This document shows positions 1-16,737 of a stretch of DNA of 64,000 bases, piece by piece; position 1 is the stretch's first letter, and each line of letters opens with the position of its first letter. The translations under genes and the position numbers were made by a program. The stretch comes from Raillietiella orientalis (lineage: Eukaryota). A model generated the notes under the pieces. That model did no database searches and was not told where the DNA came from. It saw nothing but the letters and a program-made list of their open reading frames with translations. The stretch is from assembly GCA_036172245.1 (NCBI GenBank), contig JAYWIR010000025.1, positions 2,914,001 through 2,978,000 on the forward strand, read 5' to 3'.

Positions 1-2949
1 CGATTCTAGAATTTGCTATTCTTTAAAATAAAACTTGTATTTATTATGCACTGAAGATTGCGATTATAATAAGCTGGTTATGGAATTCATGGTTATATAA
101 TTATCCTAAAGAGATTTCCAAGTGCCAATTTACGATTAGGTTCGAAAGAAATCCCACGTTTAAATGGGCCGAATTCAAATTGAACTCCCATTCATTCTCG
201 AGTCTTTGGATATTAATGAAACGTCATTTTTCGAATTCTCTGTTTTGGCTGTTTTAATGACTCGTGTTTTTAGAAACCGCTTGAATCCATTTACTTTCCG
301 ATCAGTTTCCGTTCACACTTCAGCTCATTTTTTCTTGAATCATAACTCACCAATGATTCATTAATGACCACATCAAGAAGTTATTTAGTCCCGAATGTGT
401 CCTGCATCCGGTTTTATTAGCCAGACTCATCTGTATCTCCTTCAGTTTACAGTTTACTCCTCTCTGGCCAATTCAGCTCCGATTTTTAGATAAGAGGCCA
501 GCCGTTTTTGGAAGGAATGCCATCGTCTTGACCAAAGCTACTTCTTTTTAGTGATGCATCCTTTGACAATTCATGCATTTCTTCTTTTCCTTTCATCAGG
601 CATCCACATTTCGTCTTGAGGTTCGTCTTGATAGCCAAAGGTTTCCAAGTCATTAATTAGACATTCCCGAATAACATCATTAGAGGGAAGTGAAACGTGA
701 GCGTGAGCGTGGTCAACAAGTAAGACAGAAGTCATCAGCAGACCACATAAAAATCAGACCTAGCATCGTGGTCTTCAGATCCAATCGTAGAGAAGATGGA
801 TCGCATTTCCATTTCTTGTACTCATGTTTTTGTTCGATTCATATTTTGCTGATGGGGAGCGTATGTGCTATCTTTGCGCTCCTCCATAAACTAAGATGAT
901 TATGGGCCAAAGGAAGGTAGGGACTGATGGCACGAAAAGAAAGATTTCGATCCATCTGTATTTTTCATTCAAGAGCTTCAGTTGGATAATATTCCATCAT
1001 GCCATCAAATCTCTGCAGGCCGGAGGCTTTTCTGGTATTCCATAATCTTGGAATGTCCTCGATTGCTCTTCATTTTCTCAGTATGGCTGTGATTTTTTGT
1101 ATCTTCCTGAAATTATATCTACTATATGTCTGATACTTGGTCCGATTTAAAAATTTGAAATCACCTTGGCTCCATTCACGAGTAGCTGAGGTCGTTCTCC
1201 GTAATGTGAAGAAGCTCACTCCTCTTTATGAATTCTCAAGAACCGACTTTCCGATGCATCGAAGTATTGTCTTGATCGATTCTATTTTAGCTGTTTAACA
1301 CTGATCCATCCCTCTTAAAAAATCTGAATATGGTTTCATCTCTTTTCAAAGATCTGCATTAGAAGTCGCCTTCCGGTATCATTAAAGAGAATGTTCCTTC
1401 TTCCAAGCAACTTAGCAAATATAAGAGTAATTCTGAAGGCAAAAACACATCGAAAAATCAGAAAATTCTCCATTTTTTTTTTAAAAAAAAAACGTAATTT
1501 GATTTTTTTAATGTTCAAAATGAGTGCAGGAGTGCCCAGTTTCCAACTTTTATTTTACATTGTTTTTGCATTCAAAGCGGAAAACAGGTGTAGTGATTCT
1601 TTTCTTCTTTATGAAAAGAAGTTCCCAGCTTTAAAACAATTGAAGAAACTCCTCAGTCTGTATCCTTAGTGTTTTCCACAAGCTCCGAATCGCTAATAGA
1701 GAGGCCTCATTAAAAATCGAAGTAGCACTGAAATTATAGAGTGCTTACAGTCTCAATCTCAATTGGTGTTTTCCGTGTACAAACCTAACCGCAGATCTCC
1801 GTATGGCTCTAGCAGCGGTTTTGTACCTCTGTTCATTTACCTGATTTTCTTCATACTGGAATTTGCAGTCAGAGAGTACATTCCACTGCACTCCGTTGGT
1901 CCAGTGCTACCGGGACTGCCTGTTGCGTTGTCTCTAGTAAAATTCAGATTGGCGCGTCTGCTCTGATTCCAGGAATTTGTTCCAACTGAAAAGTTCTTCA
2001 GATTCATCGATCAGTTGCTTTCTGCTTCCCTGTGTGAAATACTACAATTCTTTCTCAACAACAACTTTGGTGGTTACGGAGGTACCGTTTGGGCAACACT
2101 GAATGACCTGCTCTTTTTCTTGCACACGAAAGTCAGTGGCACGTGTCGCAGATGCTTTGCAGATTGAATTCCAATTTTCTAGAGAGGGATTGAAATATCA
2201 ATTCTGTTTTAGATAACCTAAACCAGTTGCGTCCGTTGTACATGCATGGACTATTTGGCTCATCTTCATTTCTCAGACTCATTCCTCATTCATTCTCCAT
2301 GTTTCCCATCTCAGAAGAAAGCGTTGTCATATGTCTCGACATCATAGCGCACTCCTTTTTGGCACCATTTTCTTTGATTCATCCCTCCAAAAACAACAAC
2401 AACAACGAATCTCAAATCCTCATCTTGCGTTCCTTTCTTCTCCCCAAAAGGATAGAACTGTACTCTTGTCCGGAGGAATTCTCGCTATCATAGCCATGGT
2501 TGTAGGCTGCAATGCTGACCGCCTACAACCCCCTTCAAATGGCAGATCGCATAGAGGAGCGTACATATGCAATGTTCTTGCGCAGTGATTCGTCTAAATA
2601 TCATTTAGGCATACAGAGGCATCCGCAATCGCTCTCATGATATGACACACCAAGAAAATTTGTTTACAATGGATCTATGAGGTCGATTGCAAACGAACTG
2701 CTGCAGCTCGAACGGTTGAAATAGGCAGCTAGGCATCAGTCCAGGAATATTCTGTTTCACGAAAGGTCAATCCGAGAACAGAGAGAAGGACCTGTGTGAC
2801 AAAAGAATAGGACGGATGCGGATGGCGGTGTTCATTTTATCGACTATTTGAGGAAGCGAACTTTATAGATAGGTCCCAGAGAGAGATTCTCGAAACTTCG
2901 ATTTTCTGATTGTGTAGGAAATCAACCGATGAAAATGAAATGATATCTA

Positions 2950-3565
2950 AAGATTATAATCGCCAGATCAGCGATTCCTGGCTTCACGAATAAATCGGAC
3001 GTTAGCTCCGGACACATCGTTACGTCAGGTGCATCATTTTCTCCATTTATCGAACCTTCCTCTTGCACGCCGAGGCGGAAACCGGAAGCGGAGAATCCAT
3101 CCGAGCGAACCCAAAGGAGCTTCAGCTTCCGGTTGCATTCACGAGCCGGTGGTATCCCTCAATCTGCCGCACAGTCTTGTCGATTCCAATGTCAGGAACA
3201 ACATCTCTGACAAACACGGCGGCAGCAGCTTCAGGCAACTTTCAGAGAAATGCCGTCCAAGAGCAAGCACACAGCTTTTTGCAAGACGTAAGTTCCACCG
3301 GAACACCGAAGTCCCCTCATGCTGTCGATCCAGGCCGAAGAAACTTCCCGGTTGCATTTCCCAGCATCAGGAAAAGTTGTTCCGTCTGAAAAAATGGCAA
3401 GCGCAACTTGTGGATGACTCCGTGGAGCGCCACATCCCGCGTTCTAGCAGGTCGGACTAGAGGGCTGACCTGCGAGAAGAGGACAGAGAGGAAGAAAAAC
3501 CGAAACGTTCTCTTGTAGACCCGCCTGCAGGACGAGCAAAAATCCGCGTTTTATAACAAAAATGA
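2950..3565. repeat. Dispersed repeat, inverted relative to 44410-45040
   Basis: The core 3022-3439 is near-identical to the reverse complement of 44551-44960 (near-identical ORFs 3029..3460 and 44388..44954). The flanks align only loosely. Confidence 0.85.
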
Positions 3566-3674
3566 GTAAACTGCGAGCGATGGAATCTTACGTAGCAGCG
3601 AGAAACGGACGAGTCGAAGAAAACTTGCCTAGATGAGTCGCAAAAATCATTCTCTCACTTCTCACTTCCATGCA

Positions 3675-4630
3675 AGCGAATCAGACTCAGAATCAGAACA
3701 ATTAGAAGAGGAGGAGGAGGAAGAGGAAGAAGAACAGGATGATGAAGGAGACGATGATGATGAAACAAGCATTTTTGATGAAGAACAAGAAAACGATGAA
3801 ATCAAGGATTCAGAAACTCTATTTCGTGTACCCTTTAACCAGTTATCTGAAGCTGATGGGGAAGGCATTCTTTTGCTGAATTATCCTGACCCTGCTACCC
3901 ATGGAGTTCTTGTTGAATCAGGACGAAGTGGGGAAACTTCATTCAATACATTTGGGGAAGATGTATCTTCAACACCAGTTGCCTTTGTCAATCATCCACT
4001 TTTGAGCTGGCGCCAGAGTGATGCAGCTCCTGTAGCCATGAGTCGAACCCAACGTGGTAATAGATCTGGGAGGTATCGTTATATTCAGTTGAGTACTACA
4101 GGAAGAGATAATCCACCTGCAATATTACAAAGACTTTTAGGTTCTGCTTTTGTGCATGATGTGTTGCAGCTTACTACAGGACAGGGTCTCAATACTGGAT
4201 TGAGTGAAGCTCGTGTACTAGTGAGTGACAATGATTCCCGTCTGCTAACCGATACTGATGGTATCTTGCTGGACTTTGAAAGTCGAGAAAATGGAGCATA
4301 TGGTGCATCGCATCTAGTTGCTGTGCCCAGTGCCCTTGCTCGTTGGACAGAAGAATCACGTGTTCTGGATAGAGATTCTGCTTATGATCTTACAGTAATC
4401 AAGCCAGAATTGATAAAATTCTTGGAAAAATGTAGAGATGAAGAACTAGCTGAAAGAAAGCAGGAAGAAATTAAGAAGATGCTAAAAATATATTATCAGA
4501 AGCAGTAAGAATGGATGTGACTGAAAATGTGACTCTGCCAGCAACACAGCAAGTGGCAAATGATTCTTCACAGGAAGTGAAGTTACCGAATGAGAACAGC
4601 AACTTAGCTGAAATAACAAGCCCACCCTTA
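3675..4630 (+). pseudogene. HUWE1: Internal fragment of HECT E3 ubiquitin ligase HUWE1 (acidic tract and following region), frameshifted near 4465
   Basis: Glu/Asp tract followed by NHPLL, NPPAILQRLLG, ARVLVSDND, VPSALARWTEESRVLD and LEKCRDEELAERK, matching metazoan HUWE1 motifs as I recall them (NPPLILQRLLG, IPTALTRWTEECKVLD, RDEELEERR). Coding-like sequence continues in another frame (EDAKNILSEAVRMDVTE). No other HUWE1 exons were recognised in the window. Confidence 0.8.
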
Positions 4631-5380
4631 ACATTCGCCCCACCTGCTCCAGTTGAAAATCAGTTTAATGAACGTGTACATGGACCACATCACCGCAGCC
4701 GCATAATCCTTTCAAGCTTCCCCACGGGAACCATCCACTTGACTACCCATTTAAAAAAAGAGTTGTACTCGAATGGCCGACAAACACAAAAGAAATCGTG
4801 CTCGAGCTTGATTTGCAAACGCCCTCCGTTGGTAAGATAGATTTCTAGAATAGCATACTGGCTTCTATTTCCTACATTCACGGTACATATTGGAGCTCCA
4901 ACTTCCGTGTATCATTACACACTTCACGTATCCAGCGGTACTGGCCGCTCTGCGCACCTTTCTTATGGATTTTGTAATACTTCATGTATTCATTGTAACT
5001 GCAAATTTACAATCCTTTAAGGATGCTACTTTTTATAGATCTACGAAATTTTCACGGCACGCTATGAAAGCTGTACAAAATGATTTAATTGTGACGCAAA
5101 CTTTACGATCCATAAAAAAGAAAGCAGATTTTATATCGAGACCCTGAATAAACTTGAAAGTGTATGTTATGATCAAACCTAAGTTAGTTGTACAGAAAGG
5201 GGAAGTTTAGTAGATGGTAACAATTGTGTATACTTTTTCAAGTAAATATTGTTTTTTGAAAACTCATAAGTCACCAGAAGTGGCTTTAGATGTCCATAAA
5301 GCAAAACAAAACGGTTTCCATTGATGGTTTCCAAATGAGAAATAAAGAAATCTTCATTCTTTACAAAGTGTCTATGAGAA

Positions 5381-7491
<2,111 letters not shown>

Positions 7492-8094
7492 TACCATCCA
7501 TGCGAAGACTACGCTGCGACGGACGACGCGTGCCTTCCTGAAGCGGGTAGCCGACAGGCAGTCTGTTTCACAAGTGTGTAGAGTGTAGATACAGCAGCTG
7601 TAGATACAGCGAAGGCTGATTTCTTGCATTTCAATGTAAGTCTACAACAGTCATTTGTTCTATTTATTCATGGAGGCACTGCGCTTTTCACATGTGCATC
7701 TATTAGTTTTTTCGGGTTGTCAGCTCCAGGGATGGGTTTAATGAAAAATGAATAAAAATGAAATTTGTTTATCTTGTTCTAAGCAGCAGTACGTTCATAA
7801 AATATGGGATGAGGCAGCTGTGTAAAGGAACCAAAAGGATTAGAACTCTTAGCAGTGTTATTTCTCAATTGGATCAAAGTTACAGAATTACTAAGTGTTG
7901 AGAAGAAGTTCGTTTTTTCTTTGGTAGATGAAAGTTCTTATTTACACCTCCGAATAAAAAGTCACTCCCTTTATCGTTGTAAAGATATTTGATAAGAAAT
8001 AGAAAATCAGTTCAAATTCATCATTTATGTTTATGGCTTGAATCATCTTTCCATGCAATGTCTACACCCATAGGTACGGATTTAAAAAATGAGA

Positions 8095-8685
8095 TGATGA
8101 GGGGGAGGACATCCTATGAATCCAGGAAGGGGTCCGGAGAAAGGACTCCGTTCCCCCCACGCCTGGGAGCGACCCCGAAGGGAACTTCCGGTTTGTGGGA
8201 GCGCTCCTCATTTCTTTTCCGAAGGGAACCCAGAAAGGATCCGATACTCCCCGAAAAAGATCCGCTTCTTGTTTTCTTCTCTGAAGAGAATCCTGAAGGG
8301 ACAATTTCCTGAAGGGCGGTTCCCCGAAGGGAGCTTCTTGACACCTTGGAGAGGCATCATCAATCCACCAGCTCCATGGTACGAGATGGAAGGAGTTCTC
8401 CACGAAGGGGGGGGGGGGGGACGGCTATATTTGCACAACCGGAGGGGAACTTACAGGAAGCCGACTCCTTGGTTCCAGGAAAAGGAAAGGAACCAGGGAA
8501 AAAAGGGTCAGCTTCCAATCCCGGCCACTCAACGGAGTCACCTGGTTTCCGATTTCACCTGTGCTGCACCGAAAACCTGTAGGCTAACCAGCGTCACCGA
8601 AACCCACGAAGCACCCTCCATTTTTCGGTGTCGATCCTTTTGAGGGTATGATTCGAACCCGCAACGCTTGGTGCCACGGGTATTT
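8095..8685 (-). mobile_element. tRNA-derived SINE-like repeat, copy 1 (in the ADH5 palindrome spacer)
   Basis: B-box GGTTCGAATC on the minus strand (8650-8659), shared body with CCCGAAGGG sub-repeats, and family terminal motif CCTATGAATCCAGGAAGG (8113-8130). Confidence 0.75.
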
Positions 8686-11600
8686 ATCCGAGCTGTTCAT
8701 CAAGTCAGCCACTTTCCATGGCCACATCTCTCCAGGCGGTTCTATCCTAAGGACCCTAGTCTTTTTTTCTCCCACCACTTGGGGCAGATCTACCTCGAAT
8801 GCGCCTCAGTAACTTCTTTCAATGTGAGTAACCTTTGAAGTCCGATCCAGTTCTCAGAGAACCCAGAGGAAACATCCTTTGTCTTCTGTTTGCATGAGAA
8901 CCGCAGTCGTGCAGGCTTCTCTGGCGACCAGGCTATGGGATGTATTTTAGGGTTATCGGTTTTCCAACTTCACGTGCGCGTTCCCATCTAGACTCTTAAG
9001 ACCACAATGAACATCCGATATCAGTAACTTTGATGACTTCATCTACCTCACACGGAAAGATTGTAGGGTCTCTGGCCGTTCTTTTCCCTTTCCTTGAATC
9101 GTTTCTAAAATCTTTAACCTAAACAATAGAATTTGATCCTTCTCGTTATGGGTTCATGCTCACTTGAATTTTTTCCCTTCTGTGCCAATGAATGTGGTTT
9201 CCTCAACGCTTTCTTCCTTGGGAGATGACCTTCCCCGTTCATCTCATGGAGATACGTGCCCCATCAGGTCTGTGATGGTCCTGGCAGTCATGAGGTTTAG
9301 ACTAAGGATCGACATGTGTGAGCGGAACATCTCCTCTCGGTTATCTCAAACTCAAGCAATCGGCATCTGTGCATAGCAACTATCGGGTCTCTCATGTGCG
9401 CCATCTTTGACGCTCCCTTCGATGGCGGGAAAGTGGTCCAGATCACCTTTCGATTTGAAACGGTCTCGAGGGAGAAGCTAGCGGGTGGAGAGGAACGAAA
9501 AATTTTTTTGGAGGTCTGAAAGCTAAACAGCCCTTGGCTTTTCAAAACAGCCCAAAATTTAACGTGGAATAAGTGTTTTTTTTGGTCTTTTTGTTTGACT
9601 TCCTTTCCTCTTTAGGTCGTCTTCTGAGCTGTGACGTAGTTAAAGTTCGGACACTTCCATTTTGGTTTTGCTGTTTGCGAACAGGGTGTGTCAGGTGTGT
9701 GCCTTCTGCCAGTAACTGCTCGTAGACAGCAGACTGCGACGGAGTCGTCGGCAGAATTCAACTCCTTGACGCTAGCTTAACCTGAGGAAAAGACTGAACT
9801 CTTCGGCTAATAGTCGGCTAGCCATCTAGTGGACGTGGCCGTACCGAATAGCGAGCTCAGGGCACGATGCCTAGGGCGAACCTTTTGTATTGCACCACGG
9901 AACAACTGGTAGTCTCCGAAATCTGGACCGCTCCATGCTACCCTTTATACTTCAGCATAAGGTGGCAATCTTCTTGTACCGGGGATTGTCATGAAAACAT
10001 GAAATCAGAGCTGCAGCAGAGGGACCTGGAAGAGTACCTTTCTGGATGACGTGTAGTAGGATCAAAATGATGCTCCACCTCTTGCTGGAATGTGCTGCGT
10101 TTTTTCCGTATTGGAAGAGGCCAGCTGTAGTCCTCTCGCACCCAACCGATACTGAGCTGGACGTGATGAGGGTCTATCCACGGCCGCGATAGTGGCGACC
10201 CTACCGTGCTCGAGACATCCTGACAGCGCAACCACAAGACAGGGAAACCATACTTGCCATCACTGCCTTGGTGCAACGTGCATAGCAATAGCAAGTAGCC
10301 TCACTTCAACTCCGATGACAGGGAAGACATCACCCCCAAAGCAGAACACTCAATGGGGAAAAGACTGGGTTTTGAACGTCCTCTTGATTCCCTTTGGAAT
10401 TCCTCAACCGCTCGTGTAGTTTTGACTCATTTATTGTCCCTTTTCCTTTGTCCGACTAGCCCTTCCCCTGAGAGGAAGTCTACATGGATGTGCGTCTGGT
10501 TTGTTCACCTGTACCTGTTTCGGCAAGAAAATCGCTTCCTTTCTCATTACATCTCTTCGATGAAAGTCCTGGTGCAACAGGGTTGCAAACCATTGATGGA
10601 GCACCGTCTGTAGCAAATCTGCAGGTTTTTCTTTGACTACTTTTATTTCCACTTGGATGAATACCTAACGGTACTTTGAATTGTAATTAGCTGAAGTAAA
10701 TTCTGAGAGATATTCATTTCTTCCCCCTTTCTTCTGATGAAAACTGACGGCTGAAGCGGATTTGCAATATCATTCGTCTCGAGTGCCGAAAGGGAAAAAA
10801 GATTTTTGCGTTCTTCAAACAAAGGGCCCACCAAATCAGTTGCCAACTTGTTATTTCTGTTGCATGCAGTTCTGGGACACAACTACCCTTTTCGAACAAC
10901 TCAACCTACTGCAGAGCTAAAGAGCTTTCATAAGACTTTCATAAGACATAAGCGTGGTTTAAGGTATTCAGCAATTATCCCACTTATTGCAAGTAGTGAA
11001 GCTTGCATTAACAATGCCGTGATTTTCATGTCGAGGTCTGCTTACTAACCGTGACCTCAGTTTCAGAGTTTGCTTCATCGAGGTCAACCACCTTTTCATT
11101 TGGAGCCTCACTGGCAGCATTTTTAAATTCTTTGCCTTTTGCGATAAAATGCATCTCCACGTTACAGCTTTTCGTAGCAGTAACAGATTAGCGGCAAGTT
11201 AAACATACAGATTCTTAAACTGTTAAACAGGTTTGTTTTTTTTTCCATTCTTTCACCATTTCATTTCTTAATAAATGAAGCATCAACCTCCAATCAACCA
11301 TAGTGAGTGTAGGAAGGTTCATGAGATGCTTTGATGAGTTTCTTCTGAATTTATCTCAATTACTTCCCCTAAAATGAAATGTTTGCTTTACATCAAGGAT
11401 CATAACATGACATTGAGACCTACGATCTATATTGTATGAGTAACTCTTGAAGCAACATCTCACTGAATTCTTTAGGGAACTCCGTTTACAATTTATAATT
11501 TCTGCTGAATCTCATTTTTTTTTTTTTTTTTCACTTAGCTGAAAACCAGTTTCACTAAAATATTTTAATATCAAGTCAGGAACTCTTTAGAGGAACATAG

Positions 11601-11969
11601 CATGCCAAAGTAATCCCCGTTCAGCCTGTATGACGGTTTCTAACGAATCGTGAACTTTATTGGGATTTCAACGCATGACAACAGAAAACATCGGATAACA
11701 GCAAGTGCTTTCTGTCCGATTCGGTATAAAGAAGAATTGCAAGTCATGAATTTAGGAACCTGAATCCCGAAAAGGAAAGCTGCCATTTGAAGTGGAGGAA
11801 ATCATGGAAGTGCTCTCGCTTAGGTGCCCAGAGTGAAATTGCATTGCCTTTGCCTTGGCTGTTTTGAAACTCCGCTCCTTATCTGCATCGCCGGTCTGTA
11901 ACCCTGACGGAGGTCCGGTGCGAGGTTCAAGTCCGCGTAAGCGTGTCTCGCACGTGCAAAACGACAGTG

Positions 11970-14079
<2,110 letters not shown>

Positions 14080-15299
14080 CATCTTGTAAAGAATGAGGAT
14101 TTGCTGATGTTTTTGGGGTATTTATGTCAATAAAAGTGGGATTAGCACAAATGAACCATGCATGTTTATTGAAAAATTTGAATATTTTTATTAATAAGGA
14201 TGCATAATGTTTTTTACATAATTAGTAATTAGTTTTCTTGGCATGTCATGTAAGTTGTAGTAAGATTGATCTTGGCCGAGATGGAATTCGTTTTTTAATC
14301 CGTAAAGTGGAGGTTGTTTTGATACAGAGATTACCTTGAAGAAAATATATTGTCGCATCGTAGGTTTTTCAAGTTTGGAGAAAGAGTTAAGTAATTCTTA
14401 ATAGTAGTGCCAAATGCTGTTCAATGTTTAAATGCTTGCATTTTTCTCCATACATGCCGTTTTTTAAATAATGGAACTCAGCAGAAACGGCATTAAATCT
14501 GTTCAGAGCAAAAGAACTTCGAGGGTTGCACATTGCAAATCTGATGAAGAATTTCGAGGATTCAGCGAATTGAATACTTTATGACTTACGGAATACTTTT
14601 TTTTCCCTCCAAAATATGGAAATAATCACAGAAGATTTGTTAAACGTGCGCGTCCCCAGAATATTCTAGTAACTAGTAGGAAGGCTCGAGGGAGAAAAAC
14701 GCGATTTCCGTATTGAAAATTCGTCTGATCTCGAGAAATTTCAGAAACTGTGTTAGCTGCAGCTGTAATGCAGTGTTGCCAAAGTTCGTGGGGTCTCAGG
14801 AAGATGGAAGGGTTCTGCATGCCTTCTTAAAGTGGAGGAGGTGCAAGGGGTATCGAGGCTTCCGCGAATGTTAACGAAGATTTTCACAAAAAGGTGAAAG
14901 TCTTCACGTTGTAACCGAGAAAAATGTACCACAGGCCGTTCGCAGTTTTGGTTTCGCCGCAGTTTTGTCAAGAAGTGGATTTTGAAAGGGACTGTTTGTG
15001 GAAAATTTTTCTCGCCAACGGCGCAAAAGATTTGACGGTTACTCCGAATGCTGGTGCCGGAAAGTACCTACGCGGAATGGTCCCTCTTGTCTCGCAGTCT
15101 TTCACCGCGGTGGCTGAGCTTGTTTTTCCAAGTTGTTCACTCGAATTCCGACTTGTGCAATATATGTGAGCGCCTAATCTGAAGCAGAAATTTTTGGGTG
15201 ACGCTTTGCTTGAGCGTTAGTTTCATTCTTCATTTTCACATTGCTTTTCCTGAAGTCTGGTAAAATCCGGCTATTGCCTGCTGTCCTATCCAGTGGTCA

Positions 15300-15690
15300 C
15301 CCTTTATTGTGTCCGTTTTAGAATCGAAGCGGAACACAAGAGCTTACATTCCTCATTTAGGATCCCACTCATTGGTGGTCAGATTTCCCGGCAGATTTTC
15401 ACCGCTGCTCCTTTCCTGATTTGTCTAATTCTACGCATTTGGCTTTGCACCATCATCACCGATGGGTGGACATGGTACGAAAATGATTGACCCATCAGCT
15501 TGAAATTCTTGAATTTCATCCATCGATCCCAAATGAAAATTCTTTTCTCGCATTGCTTGAATCTTTGGAGGAATATTATCGTCAATTACTGTGCGTTCCC
15601 TCGCAATGCTATAGCTACCCACTAATTGTTTTCCCATCACAGAAAAATCCAAATCTTGGTACTCGTCACCACTACCGTTCTATATTGCTT
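15300..15690 (-). mobile_element. Possible Tc1/mariner-superfamily transposase remnant
   Basis: LVGSYSIARERTV (IGPYF..TV-like), FQADG (FQQDG-like) and *PPMSGILN (WPPxSPDLN-like) occur in order. Badly decayed. Confidence 0.3.
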
Positions 15691-16561
15691 ATCAGACATA
15701 TCCTCAAAAGTCACTGAAAAATTATTCCGATGTTTGAATTCATTGACTTTGTTTGTAGATTAGGAAATCGTCCAGTGATGCGAATATCATCATCGTGCAT
15801 CATGCTTTTCGTCTTGCTTTCTTTGATACTGTTCCAGTGCGATTTGGGCTTAGTTATTCCATTGCATATCATGGCAGAAGGTAAAAACGTCTTAACTTTC
15901 CTGTTTCAATGTGAGGAGATGATCTTTAGGATGATCTTTAGGATGCTCATCCGCTTAGCATCCTTCGTTCTCATCCATTCATTTATATAGTTCAATTCAT
16001 ATATTCATTCATATATTCATGCTCCTAATCTTTACAGCGGCCTATTTATTTTCAATTACCAGCGGGGGGCATAGAAGCCCCACAAAGATTCCTACTTTCT
16101 CTTACCACTTGCGCACTCCTGCAATTTGCATTCTAGGGATTAGCAGAGGAGTGAAAATGTTCTAGGTTTTCGCAGTCGTAAAGCGTTCTAGTAAAAGGTT
16201 CCCGATTATATTCTTGCTTTCCTATGACAGAACGTGCTATGCTCTTAAATTCCATCGAGAGCTTTTCTATTAATGTGTTTATTAATGTTTCTACTAATCC
16301 CTTAATTAATCCGGAACTTACAGTCCATACTGAAGTCCTCGAAATGGTGGAACATTGCTTTGCTCATTACCTGCAGTATTCCTCAATACCTCCCCAAATG
16401 TATTCCTTACAGTTCTTCAGATCTTCAACCGACTGGTCACCCGGAACCACTCATAGGCTACAACTTTCAAACGCGTTCCAGACCCCCACAATTTTCCTGT
16501 TATCCCCACACGATTGAGCAGCCTTGGTGCCGTGCAGCGAAAAATGCCACCTACACACGGC

Positions 16562-16737
16562 GAGACATGCGGTGAGCTGATGTTTCGCCCGCCACATGGA
16601 TATTTGACCTCGATATATATACCAGGATACGATATACCATCAAGTCAACTTACCTTATTTTACTTTAAGTGAAACTCTGCATTTGTGCACCGCAGACGGC
16701 CTTTGGCCGAGACGAAATGGAATCCCAAAGAGTGTGA
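16562..16737 (+). pseudogene. Possible decayed Sushi/CCP-domain exon
   Basis: TCGELMFRPPHG....YIPG, then after a frameshift LCTADGLW, fits the C..P.HG...C..DG.W pattern. Confidence 0.3.

Noticed and set aside
8278..8320. CTGAAGAG in the SINE body as a hammerhead ribozyme core
   Set aside because: There is no properly placed stem II plus GAAA, and the motif is antisense to the Pol III head.
11890..11940. B-box-like GGTTCAAGTCC just upstream of ADH5 copy 2
   Set aside because: No convincing A-box or cloverleaf, and no SINE body follows.
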